Assembly (NCBI GenBank): GCA_051531975.1
Contig: JAOPTT010000006.1
Coordinates: 320,656-384,655, forward strand
Direction of reading: 5' to 3'
Source of the DNA: Spirochaetaceae bacterium
GTDB taxonomy: Bacteria; Spirochaetota; Spirochaetia; DSM-2461
Length of the DNA stretch: 64,000 bases
The notes below the pieces were generated by a model, which worked only from the letters and a program-made list of their open reading frames with translations, ran no database searches and was not told the origin of the DNA. Position numbers and translations under genes: made by a program. Below are positions 21,614-32,237 of the stretch, one piece after another; position 1 is the first letter of the stretch; each line of letters opens with the position of its first letter.

Positions 21614-21959
21614 AAATGATGTACTCTTATTAGCAGAAGAGATAGATGGATTAAAAGGGTTAGATACACTTGCTATAGATTTAGGAAACGATTGTAGTTG
21701 GACAGGTTACTTTATAATTAGTACTTGTAGTAGTAGTGCACACCTTAGAGGTGTAGTTGATCAAATAAGACAAAAAGTTCATACACTTAATTATAATATT
21801 AAACAAAATAGAAAAAATCCTGGTAACCAAGGTTGGGTTTTGCTAGATTGTGGTGATTTTGTAATTCACTTGATGACAGAAGAATCTAGATTATTTTATA
21901 ACTTAGAGGATAGATGGGATAGAGCAGAAAAAATTTATTCATCATCAATACTATCATAG
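21588..21959 (+). CDS. rsfS: Ribosome silencing factor
   Basis: WVLLDCGDFVIHLMTEESRLFYNLE. Confidence 0.92.
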   Translation: MMENVVKIKNDVLLLAEEIDGLKGLDTLAIDLGNDCSWTGYFIISTCSSSAHLRGVVDQIRQKVHTLNYNIKQNRKNPGNQGWVLLDCGDFVIHLMTEESRLFYNLEDRWDRAEKIYSSSILS

Positions 21960-22216
21960 TCATCAGCTTCTGATTGATCGACATATTTATAGTTGTCTAC
22001 ATTCCCTGAATCATCTGATTCAGGGATATCACTCTCTAAATCATCATCAAAGTCTTCATATTCATCTACAATAGTTTCATCTAAACCGATACCATCATCT
22101 AATAAATTGAAGGTATCATCTACTTCTTCATAATGATCATCTTCTGTATTACTGTCTAATACAATAATAGAAGAAAAAAAGATCTCTTTTTGACTAATTG
22201 AAAAACCTGCAAACAT
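21935..22216 (-). CDS. Small highly acidic protein (93 aa)
   Basis: ATG at 22216 behind a gtgagg SD; D/E-rich. Confidence 0.6.
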   Translation of the reverse strand: MFAGFSISQKEIFFSSIIVLDSNTEDDHYEEVDDTFNLLDDGIGLDETIVDEYEDFDDDLESDIPESDDSGNVDNYKYVDQSEADDYDSIDDE

Positions 22217-22290
22217 AGTAATCCTCACTAAAGAAAAGCTATATTGAATATATTTATAATGTATGTGTATTGTCAATATGAATATGGCAA

Positions 22291-22767
22291 TTAACTAATA
22301 TTTATTCCAATAAATACTTTGAATTGACCAAAATGATCTTTTATATAAAAAGTTTCTGTTGTGTCAAAATCTGAAATGCTCGCAAATATAGAACTACCTA
22401 CAATTATAGAAGGTGGGGTAATATTGCAATCCAAGTCAATCTCAGAGAGATGAATTGTTGTTCTACCACATATTTGATTAACAATTTCACTAAAAGTTGA
22501 TTTGTGAAAGTCGCCAAAATCATTTTCTATATCTTCCATACCTACATATTCAGCAAGAATCTTTACAAAATTATTTGCACTATTTAAATCAGATTCTAAC
22601 ATTAGATACCCACTAACATCACCAGTTAAGCCAATTGTTACCAAGACGGAATAATCTACTTCAGTACTAATGAGATCAACTGTTGCCTCATGGAAACCTG
22701 TTTCATTCATTATTTCATGTATAGATGTACTAAAACATTTGATTGCATTTTCAGAAATTTTACTCAT
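22291..22767 (-). CDS. cheX: Chemotaxis phosphatase CheX family
   Basis: IGLTGDVSG, SEIVNQICG (E-x-x-N), ITPPSII. Confidence 0.85.
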   Translation of the reverse strand: MSKISENAIKCFSTSIHEIMNETGFHEATVDLISTEVDYSVLVTIGLTGDVSGYLMLESDLNSANNFVKILAEYVGMEDIENDFGDFHKSTFSEIVNQICGRTTIHLSEIDLDCNITPPSIIVGSSIFASISDFDTTETFYIKDHFGQFKVFIGINIS

Positions 22768-22773
22768 ATATGA

Positions 22774-22802
22774 ATTATAGGAAGTATATATTTAGTTGTC
22801 AA
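22774..22802 (-). promoter_or_regulatory. Consensus sigma70 promoter of cheX, apparently leaderless
   Basis: TTGACA-N17-TATAAT-N6-ATG. Confidence 0.8.
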
Positions 22803-23165
22803 ATGTATAATAATATATTTATAAGTGTTACGGATTATTTAATTTATAATATTATATAGTAATATCAAAAATATAGTTCATTACATTTAATTGTTATATT
22901 ATTTAATAATGTATAATGTAGTATCACATTAAAATTACCTTTAAACACTAGAATTGAGGTTCTGGAGACTACGGTTAAATATTTTTGTATTATATTGTTA
23001 TTAAACTTTTGTCATAGTTTAAAGCTTTAATTTGGATTTTTAATTAACGCTATGATATTTTCAATAAACTTTATCTATTACAAAACCTATTAAAGTTAAA
23101 GTATGAATGATTATTTATTAAATTAGTTTATATACATATTATTATCTAAGAAATATAATAATAAT

Positions 23166-24056
23166 ATGAATATAGAATATAGAATAAAATCACCTTGTAA
23201 AATCAATTTACATTTAGAAGTACATAATAAGAGGGATGATGGGTTTCATAATCTAACATCTATTTTTCAATTAATTTCTTTAGAAGATGAAATTTGTGTC
23301 AAAAAAAACAGTAATAATGAAGTGAATATTTTTGGTGATTTTGACTGTAAAAAAGAAGATAATTTAATATATAAAGCTGTAATACTTTTTTTTGAAACAG
23401 GCAATATCTCTGGTGGATTAGATTTTTATGTTAAGAAGAATGTACCTAGTGGAGGTGGTATTGGAGGTGGTAGTAGCAATTGTGCTGCAACACTGAAACT
23501 ATTAGATTATATATTTCCCGGAAAAGTTACTACGAAACAGTTGTCTACAATTGCGTTAAGTTTAGGCAGTGATGTTCCATTCTTTTTGGGTTCAGGATCT
23601 GCATTAGTTAGAGGTAGAGGTGAGATCATTAAATCTATTGATACTATATCAGATTATTCATTAATAATAATAAATCCATCAATACATATTTCTACTTCTA
23701 AAGCTTTTAAATTATTGTCTCAATCTTGTAAATTAGAGGATGAAAATAGAGATAATACTGATAAAATATTAAGTTTATATAATTCCGGATATAAATATTT
23801 CTCTGAATTTAAAAATAGTTTTGAAATAGCGTTGCAATCAGATTATACTTTCGTAAATGATATAAAGAATTCTTTGTTAAGTTGTGGAGCTGTTCATGCA
23901 GGACTTTCTGGAAGCGGTAGCACTATGTTTGGTGTTTTTAAAGATATCGAAGGTGCTAGAAAAGCAAAGGATTTATTCGCTGGGTATAAAACATATAAGT
24001 TTTATATAGTTAAACCATTAGTAGATTATCCTAAAGTTAAGGAATTCATCTTCTAG
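23166..24056 (+). CDS. ispE: 4-diphosphocytidyl-2-C-methyl-D-erythritol kinase
   Basis: PCKINLHL, PSGGGIGGGSSN, GSDVPFF, LSGSGST. Confidence 0.93.
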   Translation: MNIEYRIKSPCKINLHLEVHNKRDDGFHNLTSIFQLISLEDEICVKKNSNNEVNIFGDFDCKKEDNLIYKAVILFFETGNISGGLDFYVKKNVPSGGGIGGGSSNCAATLKLLDYIFPGKVTTKQLSTIALSLGSDVPFFLGSGSALVRGRGEIIKSIDTISDYSLIIINPSIHISTSKAFKLLSQSCKLEDENRDNTDKILSLYNSGYKYFSEFKNSFEIALQSDYTFVNDIKNSLLSCGAVHAGLSGSGSTMFGVFKDIEGARKAKDLFAGYKTYKFYIVKPLVDYPKVKEFIF

Positions 24057-24080
24057 TAGGTATGCTACAGGAGGAACACC

Positions 24081-24359
24081 GTGGAGATTACAGATATCCG
24101 AATTAGAAAAGTTGATGCAGAAGGTAAATTGAAAGCATATGTAACAGTGACCTTCGATGAATCGTTTGTTGTCCATAACGTAAAGGTTATCGAGGGTGAA
24201 AATGGTGTTTTTATTGCTATGCCAAGTAGAAAGACACGAAAGGGTGAATTTAAAGATGTTGCGCATCCAATTAATACAGAATTTAGAAATAAGATGCAGC
24301 AACAAATCTTAGAATCTTATCATAATCCCGAACTCTATGGGGAGCATGAAGAGTATTAA
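24081..24359 (+). CDS. spoVG: SpoVG nucleic-acid-binding protein
   Basis: [39 protein letters not shown]. Confidence 0.95.
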   Translation: MEITDIRIRKVDAEGKLKAYVTVTFDESFVVHNVKVIEGENGVFIAMPSRKTRKGEFKDVAHPINTEFRNKMQQQILESYHNPELYGEHEEY

Positions 24360-24379
24360 GTTTTTTTGCATGAAAAGTA

Positions 24380-24409
24380 TTGACGGTGCACCTTAAAAAT
24401 GATTATTAT
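24380..24409 (+). promoter_or_regulatory. Probable sigma70 promoter of rplY
   Basis: TTGACG-N18-TATTAT. Confidence 0.55.
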
Positions 24410-24519
24410 TCAATTCGTAAAACTGTTGACCATCGTTGAACTTTAGTAGCATATTATTTTTTATGCATTCATTATGTTGGATCAAAATGGTTAATATTTA
24501 TTAAAATAAGGAGATAGAT

Positions 24520-25119
24520 ATGGAAAAAAGAACCTTATCTGTTGTTAAGAGAACAAGTATTGGTAAACATGCACTTAAAGCTGTTAGAAAAGATGGTTTA
24601 ATACCAGCTGTAATGTATGGTCATTCTGAAAATGTATTATTTTCTGTAGATGCTCGAGAATTTGGTAATAAATTTAAAGTTATTTCTGAAAATACAATTA
24701 TAGACCTTAAAGATGGTAAAAAAGCTTATCAAGTTTTAATTAAAGACTTTCAGGAAAATGTATTAAAAGGTGAAATTATTCACATTGACTTCTATGAAGT
24801 TGAAAAAGGTAAAACACTACATACTGCAGTTCCTATACATGCTGAAGGTACAGCTGAAGGTGTTCGTCTTGGTGGAAGTTTAAATATTGTAATTCATGAA
24901 TTACAAGTTGAATGTCTTCCAAAAGATATACCTGAATTATTCACTGTTAATATTGATGCACTTCAAATTGGTGATTCACTACATGTAAGTGACATTGCTA
25001 AAGTTAAAGGTGTTAAAATACTTTCTAGTCCTGATCAAGTTATTGTAAATGTTGCAAAAGCCGTTGGTGCTCTTGAAACAGAAGAAGAAGTTGAAGAAGA
25101 AACTCCTATAGAAGAGTAA
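24520..25119 (+). CDS. rplY: 50S ribosomal protein L25/Ctc
   Basis: GLIPAVMYG, IIHIDFY, GVRLGG, LPKDIPE, IGDSLHVSD. Confidence 0.95.
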   Translation: MEKRTLSVVKRTSIGKHALKAVRKDGLIPAVMYGHSENVLFSVDAREFGNKFKVISENTIIDLKDGKKAYQVLIKDFQENVLKGEIIHIDFYEVEKGKTLHTAVPIHAEGTAEGVRLGGSLNIVIHELQVECLPKDIPELFTVNIDALQIGDSLHVSDIAKVKGVKILSSPDQVIVNVAKAVGALETEEEVEEETPIEE

Positions 25120-25691
25120 TGTTGACTTTCTTAATAATTGGTCTCGGTAATCCTGGATTTAAATATTCAGGAACTAGGCATAATGCTGGCTTTGATGTTG
25201 TTAATAAAATGGCATCAAAGTTTAGTGTTAATTTCAAAAAACCATTATTTAAAAATTACTACATAGCTAAAATTCGTCATGAAAACAATCTTTTTATTTT
25301 AATAAAACCAAATACTTTTATGAATAGATCTGGAGAAGTTATACCTGGTTTGTTGTATAAATATAAACTAACCCATAATAATCTTATTGTTGTAGTTGAT
25401 AATCTTGATATAAATAAAGGTTATCTTAAATTTAAATTAAAAGGTTCTGATGGGGGACATAATGGCTTAAAGTCAATTTATGATTATATTGGTACAAATG
25501 AGTATAAAAGACTCTTTGTTGGTATAGGCAGACCTACCGATGGTGAGTCTATAATTGAATACGTTCTTTCAAAGATGGAAGACAGTGCTATCTTTGATGC
25601 TATTGATAGGTCAGTTCAAGGTTTATTGAAATTACCCACAGATAGAATTGATCAGATAATGAATTATCTAAACAGAAGAAAACTTGATTAA
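25119..25691 (+). CDS. pth: Peptidyl-tRNA hydrolase
   Basis: GLGNPG..Y..TRHNAGF, KPNTFMNRSG, GGHNGLKS. Confidence 0.95.
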   Translation: MLTFLIIGLGNPGFKYSGTRHNAGFDVVNKMASKFSVNFKKPLFKNYYIAKIRHENNLFILIKPNTFMNRSGEVIPGLLYKYKLTHNNLIVVVDNLDINKGYLKFKLKGSDGGHNGLKSIYDYIGTNEYKRLFVGIGRPTDGESIIEYVLSKMEDSAIFDAIDRSVQGLLKLPTDRIDQIMNYLNRRKLD

Positions 25692-26964
25692 TAATATAAT
25701 AAATTATTTAGAAAATAACTCAATTAATAACAAGAAAATAATTGTTGCAGTTTCTGGTGGACCAGATTCAATTTGCTTACTTTATTTATTATTTAATGTA
25801 AAAGAAAAGTTCAACATAAATATTGAAGCTGCTTATGTTAGTCATGGTATTAGGTCAAATGAAGAAAACTTAGAAGACTATAAACTTATACAAAAACACT
25901 GTGATTTATTAAATATTAAACTTCATATTCAAAATATACCATATGGTGAAATACAACAAACTGCTAAATCACTTAAAAAAAGCATTGAAGTAGTAGCGAG
26001 AGATATACGTTACAGTTTTTTCAAAACATTAACTAAGCATAACGATTTAATAGCGGTTGGTCATAATAGAGATGATCAGATAGAAACACAACTGATGAGA
26101 ATATTTCAAGGTAGTTCTATCGATGGCTTGTTGGGAATTAAACATAGCAGAGACAATATTATTAGACCTTTAATAAATGTAGATAAATCAAAAATTTTAC
26201 AATATTTAGATGAAAATAAAATTGCGTATTTAATTGATAAATCTAATTTAGAATTAGACTATTTAAGAAATAAGATTCGAATCTCTTTAATACCACAAAT
26301 AAAAGAAATTTTCCCAGGGTATAAAAAAGGATTAGAAAATTTTTCATTAGAATTAAAAAGATATAAAGATGTTGTTGATGATATTTACACACCTTTAGTA
26401 TGGTTTAAGAAGAATTCTTGTTTTGAAACTAACTTTAGTCAATTTGAAAAATTACCATTTATTAAAAGAAAAGATGAAGTATATAAAATTTTTAATATAA
26501 GTTACCTAGGAGAGTATAAGTCATTAAGACTTCCTAAAAGGTTTCTATTATCGTTAAATAAAAGTTCTTTTAAAGATAATGAAATAATCTTAGAAGGGCA
26601 TGGCATTCGTTTATTTCGTGCATCCGATAAATTAATTTGGACTACTAATTTAAGAAATAAGTTTTTTTTTAATATGATAATCTCTGAAATTAAAAATTAT
26701 AGAAATAGTTTATTAGATATAAATATTTCCTATGAGAATATTGGATTATTCATTCCCAATATAACACTACCATTTACTATTCGAAATATAAAAGAAGGTT
26801 ATCCTGAGATTAATATAATTAAAAAGTTTGGAGTAATGTTACATAATTATAATAAAATTATCATTGTAGAGAAAGAGAATCATGTTTATGCTATCATATA
26901 TAATGGTGCTCTGATTTATTGTAAAGAAACTGGGGATTCAGGGCTATATATAAATTTAAACTGA
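25684..26964 (+). CDS. tilS: tRNA(Ile)-lysidine synthase
   Basis: AVSGGPDS, ARDIRY, GHNRDDQIET, IIRPL, RNKIR. Confidence 0.92.
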   Translation: MINNIINYLENNSINNKKIIVAVSGGPDSICLLYLLFNVKEKFNINIEAAYVSHGIRSNEENLEDYKLIQKHCDLLNIKLHIQNIPYGEIQQTAKSLKKSIEVVARDIRYSFFKTLTKHNDLIAVGHNRDDQIETQLMRIFQGSSIDGLLGIKHSRDNIIRPLINVDKSKILQYLDENKIAYLIDKSNLELDYLRNKIRISLIPQIKEIFPGYKKGLENFSLELKRYKDVVDDIYTPLVWFKKNSCFETNFSQFEKLPFIKRKDEVYKIFNISYLGEYKSLRLPKRFLLSLNKSSFKDNEIILEGHGIRLFRASDKLIWTTNLRNKFFFNMIISEIKNYRNSLLDINISYENIGLFIPNITLPFTIRNIKEGYPEINIIKKFGVMLHNYNKIIIVEKENHVYAIIYNGALIYCKETGDSGLYINLN

Positions 26965-26971
26965 GGTATAT

Positions 26972-28351
26972 ATGCAAAAATACTCTATAATTTTAATTTA
27001 TTTATTAACAATAACATTTAACTTATCATCCATAGAATCTGGAGATAATAAAATTGCTAAAGATCTCTTCAAAGTCTATGGTTCGAATATTGATTTAGAT
27101 CAGATCGATAAAGTTTTAGAATTTGATAATAACTTTACTCCTGCCTTGATTAAAAAGGCTTTATTGTTAGACGAAAATAACTATAATTTATTAGAAGTTA
27201 AAAAAATATTAGAATCAACAGATTTAACAAATTTTAGCAGTAAACTACATTATATATCTATTTTATATAGGATTAAAAAATATAAAGAAGTACTGCAATT
27301 TACTAAAAATATAAATATCAATAATTTAAACGATTCAAATACTTTATATTATATTGCTGATAGTTATTTTAGAGTTTTAGATTCAGATAAAACATTAGAG
27401 ATTATAGATAAGTCTTTGCATATTTTCCCAGATGATCAGAGATTTTATGAACTTTTATACTTAATTCAAAAAGATATAACAATATTGACAAAAATCTTAT
27501 ATGGAAATAATCCCTTACAGTCATTTTTACGGATATTAAGTAGAATAGATGATGTTTTTCATTATCAAGTGGTTAATAATTTAATTAAAAAAGAGTTAAA
27601 AATGTTAACCTCAGATATTTTATTAACTTACATTGGTAATTACGAAGTTGTTGAGACAATAATGAAGTCTTATAATTGGATTATTCCAAATGGAACATAC
27701 AGATTTGATAATGACGCAGATACTTTTATAGAAACCATTATCACATTTAGTAATGGAAATGTAATATATAAAAGTACGGATACAAATAGAGACAATATAT
27801 ATGATTACAAATGTTTATATAGTGATGGATTACCCCAAAATATAACCTTTGGCGAAAATAATTTAACTTATTCTAATTATCCATTTGTAGATAAGATAAC
27901 AATGGGTGAACAAAATAGGACAGTTTTTTATTTTTATGAGAATTTTAATAGATTAGAGCTTGGTAGCTCAATATCTAATCAAACAATACAAATTTTTAAT
28001 TTACTATTATCAACTGGAAAAATAGTAAAAATTGAAAGTTATAATAATGATGAGTTAAGTTCTTTAACGCTATATCGAAATACAAATACTGCAATGAAAT
28101 TTACAAAACCAAGTGATTATGGTTTTGATAACTGTGTGTTATTAGTAGATGATATTCCTGTAGCTGGGCTTAAAGATCTCGATTCAGATGGTATTTATGA
28201 CTTAAGTGAAAAATATCTAGAAGGTGAATTGATTAGTGTCGGTTATAGTAAAAATGGAGATAATACAAAAATTTCATATATAGAAAGTTTCATAGATTCA
28301 AAAGAGACGTATTCCAATGAATCATTTGATTTTAATTGGTGGAAGAAGTGA
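26972..28351 (+). CDS. Exported hypothetical protein, TPR-like N-terminus and DxDxDG-type loops
   Basis: Signal peptide; DNDADTF, DTNRDNIYD, DLDSDGIYD. Confidence 0.65.
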   Translation: MQKYSIILIYLLTITFNLSSIESGDNKIAKDLFKVYGSNIDLDQIDKVLEFDNNFTPALIKKALLLDENNYNLLEVKKILESTDLTNFSSKLHYISILYRIKKYKEVLQFTKNININNLNDSNTLYYIADSYFRVLDSDKTLEIIDKSLHIFPDDQRFYELLYLIQKDITILTKILYGNNPLQSFLRILSRIDDVFHYQVVNNLIKKELKMLTSDILLTYIGNYEVVETIMKSYNWIIPNGTYRFDNDADTFIETIITFSNGNVIYKSTDTNRDNIYDYKCLYSDGLPQNITFGENNLTYSNYPFVDKITMGEQNRTVFYFYENFNRLELGSSISNQTIQIFNLLLSTGKIVKIESYNNDELSSLTLYRNTNTAMKFTKPSDYGFDNCVLLVDDIPVAGLKDLDSDGIYDLSEKYLEGELISVGYSKNGDNTKISYIESFIDSKETYSNESFDFNWWKK

Positions 28352-30078
28352 AAAATATTATAATTATTATGTTTATATTAAATATATTAAGTTGCGTAAC
28401 TCAACAAGAAAGAAAAGATACTACATTAGAAGAAGTAATCGTAGCAGAGATAAATAGTAATTTCGAAAATAAGGAATATTTTAAAGTATTTCAACTAATG
28501 ACCTATTATAAATCCAGGGATATGGATAAACAATATTTTATTGATTCAGATAAAAAATTAAAACAAATATTGCCTGAGTTACTAGACGATTATCATAGTG
28601 AACAAAATTGGGATAACTTTTTTTTAACATATAAAAATCTAATTTCCCTAAATTTTGAATTAAATAATTATAACATTAATAATATCTTATATGACTATTT
28701 GGTTAAATATACTCCAAATAAGCTTTATAAATCTGGAGTTCTTCTCGCTGAAGAAAAATTAAATTATTCATTATTGAAAGATCATCAATTAATAACTTTA
28801 AAAGACTTGTATATTGAAATATCCCCTGAAGATGACTTCTTAAAACTTAAAGATGAGTTCACTAATAGAAATTTGGAGTGGAAATCAAGTTTACAAAAAG
28901 ACAATTATTTAGACGGTGTAATAACTATATTTGTAAATAAAGGAGTCACTTTTAATGATGGTGTTGGAAGTAGGGATATCGTCGTTGGTAGTGGTTTTTT
29001 TATTGATAAAAAAGGTTATGCTATTACTAACTATCATGTAATTGAATCTTTAGTTGATCCTGAATATGAAGGTAGTAATCATCTTTATGTTAAGTTAAAT
29101 GGTCTAGTGGAGAAAATTCCTGCTAAAGTAATCGGATGGGATCCAATTCTAGATCTTGCACTAATTAAGGTTTCATCTATTCCCAAATACTCATATTCAT
29201 TTTCAAATATAAAAGAACAAAACGTTGGTGAAAAAGTTCTAGCGGTTGGTTCTCCTGGTGGTTTAGGAAGTACAGTTACTTCAGGTATCGTATCAGCTAC
29301 AGATAGAACTTTATTAGAAATAGGTTCCGTGATTCAAATTGATAGTCCTATAAATCCAGGTAATAGCGGAGGACCACTTATTGATTCTGATAATAGAGTT
29401 ACTAATATTGTATTTGCAGGTATAGAAGATTTTGAAGGTGTAAATTTTGCTATACCAGTAAAATATTTAAAAGAAAATTTGAAAGAATTATATATTGGTG
29501 GAAAAGTTAAACATGTCTGGTTAGGGGCAGGAGCAATTAAAAGGAAAAAGAAACTAGAAATTGTTTATATAAAACCAGAAAGTCCAGCGTTCTTTTTGGG
29601 ATTAGAAAAAGGTGATATATTAGAAAATATTAATGGTATAAAATTCTCAACAATAATTGAAGTTCAAGATTATCTTATGAAGTTTAGTCCATATGAAATT
29701 ATAGATTTAAAATATAGTAGAGATGGTGAGCTATTCGAAAAGCAAATTTGTTTAGAAGAAAGACCTGATGTAATCATGAATAGCATTATTGATGGTGACG
29801 CATCTGATCACCTTTATACTCCACTTTTTGGTATGGATATTAAATACACTGGGAAAATATTATGGAATAAAGAATACCTTATTCAAGATGTAATACCTGG
29901 GTCTATTGCAGATGAATTAGATCTGTCGATTGGTGATATTATACAGATTAATGATTGGGAATATAATGAAGAATATCAAGTTGTAATAATCAAAATAGTT
30001 TTACAAACTAAAAGTGAAGGGTTTTGGAAAAAATCTATTCAAATTTCAGCCCCAATTAGTGTAAATTTCTTTATATAA
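28336..30078 (+). CDS. HtrA/DegP-like S1C serine protease lipoprotein with PDZ domains (start may be GTG 28348)
   Basis: Lipobox ILSC; GSGFF, TNYHV, DLALIK, NPGNSGGPL; SPA..GL..GD and PGSIADELDL PDZ motifs. Confidence 0.88.
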   Translation: MVEEVKNIIIIMFILNILSCVTQQERKDTTLEEVIVAEINSNFENKEYFKVFQLMTYYKSRDMDKQYFIDSDKKLKQILPELLDDYHSEQNWDNFFLTYKNLISLNFELNNYNINNILYDYLVKYTPNKLYKSGVLLAEEKLNYSLLKDHQLITLKDLYIEISPEDDFLKLKDEFTNRNLEWKSSLQKDNYLDGVITIFVNKGVTFNDGVGSRDIVVGSGFFIDKKGYAITNYHVIESLVDPEYEGSNHLYVKLNGLVEKIPAKVIGWDPILDLALIKVSSIPKYSYSFSNIKEQNVGEKVLAVGSPGGLGSTVTSGIVSATDRTLLEIGSVIQIDSPINPGNSGGPLIDSDNRVTNIVFAGIEDFEGVNFAIPVKYLKENLKELYIGGKVKHVWLGAGAIKRKKKLEIVYIKPESPAFFLGLEKGDILENINGIKFSTIIEVQDYLMKFSPYEIIDLKYSRDGELFEKQICLEERPDVIMNSIIDGDASDHLYTPLFGMDIKYTGKILWNKEYLIQDVIPGSIADELDLSIGDIIQINDWEYNEEYQVVIIKIVLQTKSEGFWKKSIQISAPISVNFFI

Positions 30079-30123
30079 AGAGTTCATAGATTTATTGATG
30101 AAAAGTACCCCTTACTATATAGT

Positions 30124-31938
30124 ATGAGTATGAAAGACGAACAAGACTTAATAAGAAATTTCTGTATCATTGCACACATTGATCACGGAAAATCAACATT
30201 AGCTGATAGATTTATAGAAAAATCTCAAATTATCTCTTCAAGAGAATTTCAGAGTCAGTTATTAGATTCAATGGATATTGAAAGAGAACGTGGAATAACA
30301 ATAAAATCTCAAGCTGTTACTATTCCGTTTAAAAGTAAAGATGGAAATACATATAAACTTAATCTGGTAGATACACCAGGGCATGTAGATTTCTCATATG
30401 AAGTTTCTAGAGCAATTTCATCCTGTGAAGGAGCACTATTATTAGTAGATGCCACTCAGGGTGTAGAAGCACAAACTTTATCTAATATGTATATGGCTGT
30501 GGAACAAGATTTAGAGATTCTACCAGTTGTTAACAAAATGGATCTACCAAGTGCTGATATCGACCGTATTCAAGAGCAAATAGACCATGATCTAGGATTA
30601 GATCCTGATCTAATTTTTCCAGTGTCTGCAAAGATGGGTACAGGTGTTGAAGAACTACTTGAAGGTATTATTGAATGGATACCACATCCTAAAGGAAATA
30701 TTGATGCCCCATTTAAGGCTAATATTTTTGATTCTCATTATGACACATATAAAGGTGTAATAATGCACGTTAGGGTATTTGATGGTGAACTAAAACTTGG
30801 GGAAGATATTCAACTGTTTTCTACTGGTAAAGTTCATAAAGTTGAAGAATTAGGTTATTTTAGAATTGTTCGAGATGCTCAAAAATCTTTGAAGGCTGGT
30901 GAAGTTGGATATATTATTTCTGGTATAAAAGATATTAGTGAAGTTAAAGTAGGTGATACTGTTACAACTTCCGCTAACCCATGCTTAGTCCCTCTAGAAG
31001 GGTTTAGGGATACTAAACCTGTAGTCTTTTCATCTATTTATCCTGTGGATGCAGATCAGTACGAAGACTTACACGCTGCTATAGATAAACTTAGACTAAA
31101 CGATGCTTCTCTGGTATATGAGAAAGATTCATCTGCAGCATTAGGTCTTGGTTTTAGATGTGGTTTTTTAGGATTGTTACATTTAGAAGTAATACAAGAA
31201 CGACTTGAAAGAGAGTTTGGACTTAATATTGTATTAACTTCACCATCTGTTAGATATAGAATAACACCAAAATCAGGGGATACATATTTCTTAGATAATC
31301 CTACAGAATTTCCTGATCCAGGAGTAATTGAAAAAGCAGAAGAACCATATATAAAAGCCATAATAATTACACCTGCAGATTATCTAGGTAATATAATGAA
31401 CTTATGTACCCTAAAACGAGGTGTTCAAACAGAAATGGAATACCTTGATGAAAAAAGAGTTGAAATTAAATATGATATGCCTTTAGCAGAAATATTGTTT
31501 GATTTTTATGATAGGTTAAAATCTGTTTCAAGAGGATATGCTTCATTTGATTACGAAGAAGATGATTTCCAAGAGACTGACCTAGTTAAGTTAGATATAT
31601 TATTAAATGGTGATGTTGTTGATGCACTTTCACAACTTGTATTTAAAGGTAGTGCGTATGATAAAGCAAGAAATGTATGTAAGCGGTTAAAAGGTGAAAT
31701 TAGTAGACATCAATTTAAAATTCCTATTCAAGGTGCTATAGGTAGTAGTATTATTGCCCGGGAAACCATCCCAGCCTTGAGAAAAGATGTTACATCAAAA
31801 TGTTATGGTGGAGACATCTCTAGAAAGAAGAAATTATTAGAGAAACAAAAAGAGGGTAAGAAGCGTATGAAGATGGTTGGACGAGTAGAATTACCTCAAA
31901 ATGCCTTTTTATCTGTACTAAGAACTGATGAAGAGTAG
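30124..31938 (+). CDS. lepA: Elongation factor 4 (true start may be ATG 30130)
   Basis: RNFCIIAHIDHGKSTLADR, ERERGITIK, CYGGDISRKKKLLEKQKEGKKRMK. Confidence 0.97.
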   Translation: MSMKDEQDLIRNFCIIAHIDHGKSTLADRFIEKSQIISSREFQSQLLDSMDIERERGITIKSQAVTIPFKSKDGNTYKLNLVDTPGHVDFSYEVSRAISSCEGALLLVDATQGVEAQTLSNMYMAVEQDLEILPVVNKMDLPSADIDRIQEQIDHDLGLDPDLIFPVSAKMGTGVEELLEGIIEWIPHPKGNIDAPFKANIFDSHYDTYKGVIMHVRVFDGELKLGEDIQLFSTGKVHKVEELGYFRIVRDAQKSLKAGEVGYIISGIKDISEVKVGDTVTTSANPCLVPLEGFRDTKPVVFSSIYPVDADQYEDLHAAIDKLRLNDASLVYEKDSSAALGLGFRCGFLGLLHLEVIQERLEREFGLNIVLTSPSVRYRITPKSGDTYFLDNPTEFPDPGVIEKAEEPYIKAIIITPADYLGNIMNLCTLKRGVQTEMEYLDEKRVEIKYDMPLAEILFDFYDRLKSVSRGYASFDYEEDDFQETDLVKLDILLNGDVVDALSQLVFKGSAYDKARNVCKRLKGEISRHQFKIPIQGAIGSSIIARETIPALRKDVTSKCYGGDISRKKKLLEKQKEGKKRMKMVGRVELPQNAFLSVLRTDEE

Positions 31939-32014
31939 ATAAAAAATTTTCTTATTGATTAATATATATATAAAGTATATATTAAGTTATATTATTTATT
32001 AAGGAACGAACATA

Positions 32015-32203
32015 ATGGAAACAGGAACAGTAAAATGGTTTAACTCTACTAAAGGTTATGGTTTTATTACTCAGTCAAATGGAACTGATTTATTTGTACA
32101 CACTAGTGGAATTAACGGTTATATTGATGAAGGTGATACTGTAGAATTTGAGATTGGTGAAGGTCAGAAAGGACCATGCGCAATCAATGTAAAAAAAGTT
32201 TAA
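32015..32203 (+). CDS. cspA: Cold-shock domain protein
   Basis: [26 protein letters not shown]. Confidence 0.92.
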   Translation: METGTVKWFNSTKGYGFITQSNGTDLFVHTSGINGYIDEGDTVEFEIGEGQKGPCAINVKKV

Positions 32204-32237
32204 TTTAGATTATACAGTTTTTTATATTTTACGTATT

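Noticed and set aside
22768..23165. Very AT-rich 400-bp gap as oriC or an ncRNA
   Set aside because: I saw no DnaA boxes or convincing fold; divergent cheX and ispE promoters explain the ends.
24360..24519. tRNA between spoVG and rplY
   Set aside because: No cloverleaf, T-loop (GTTCRA) or CCA end is visible.
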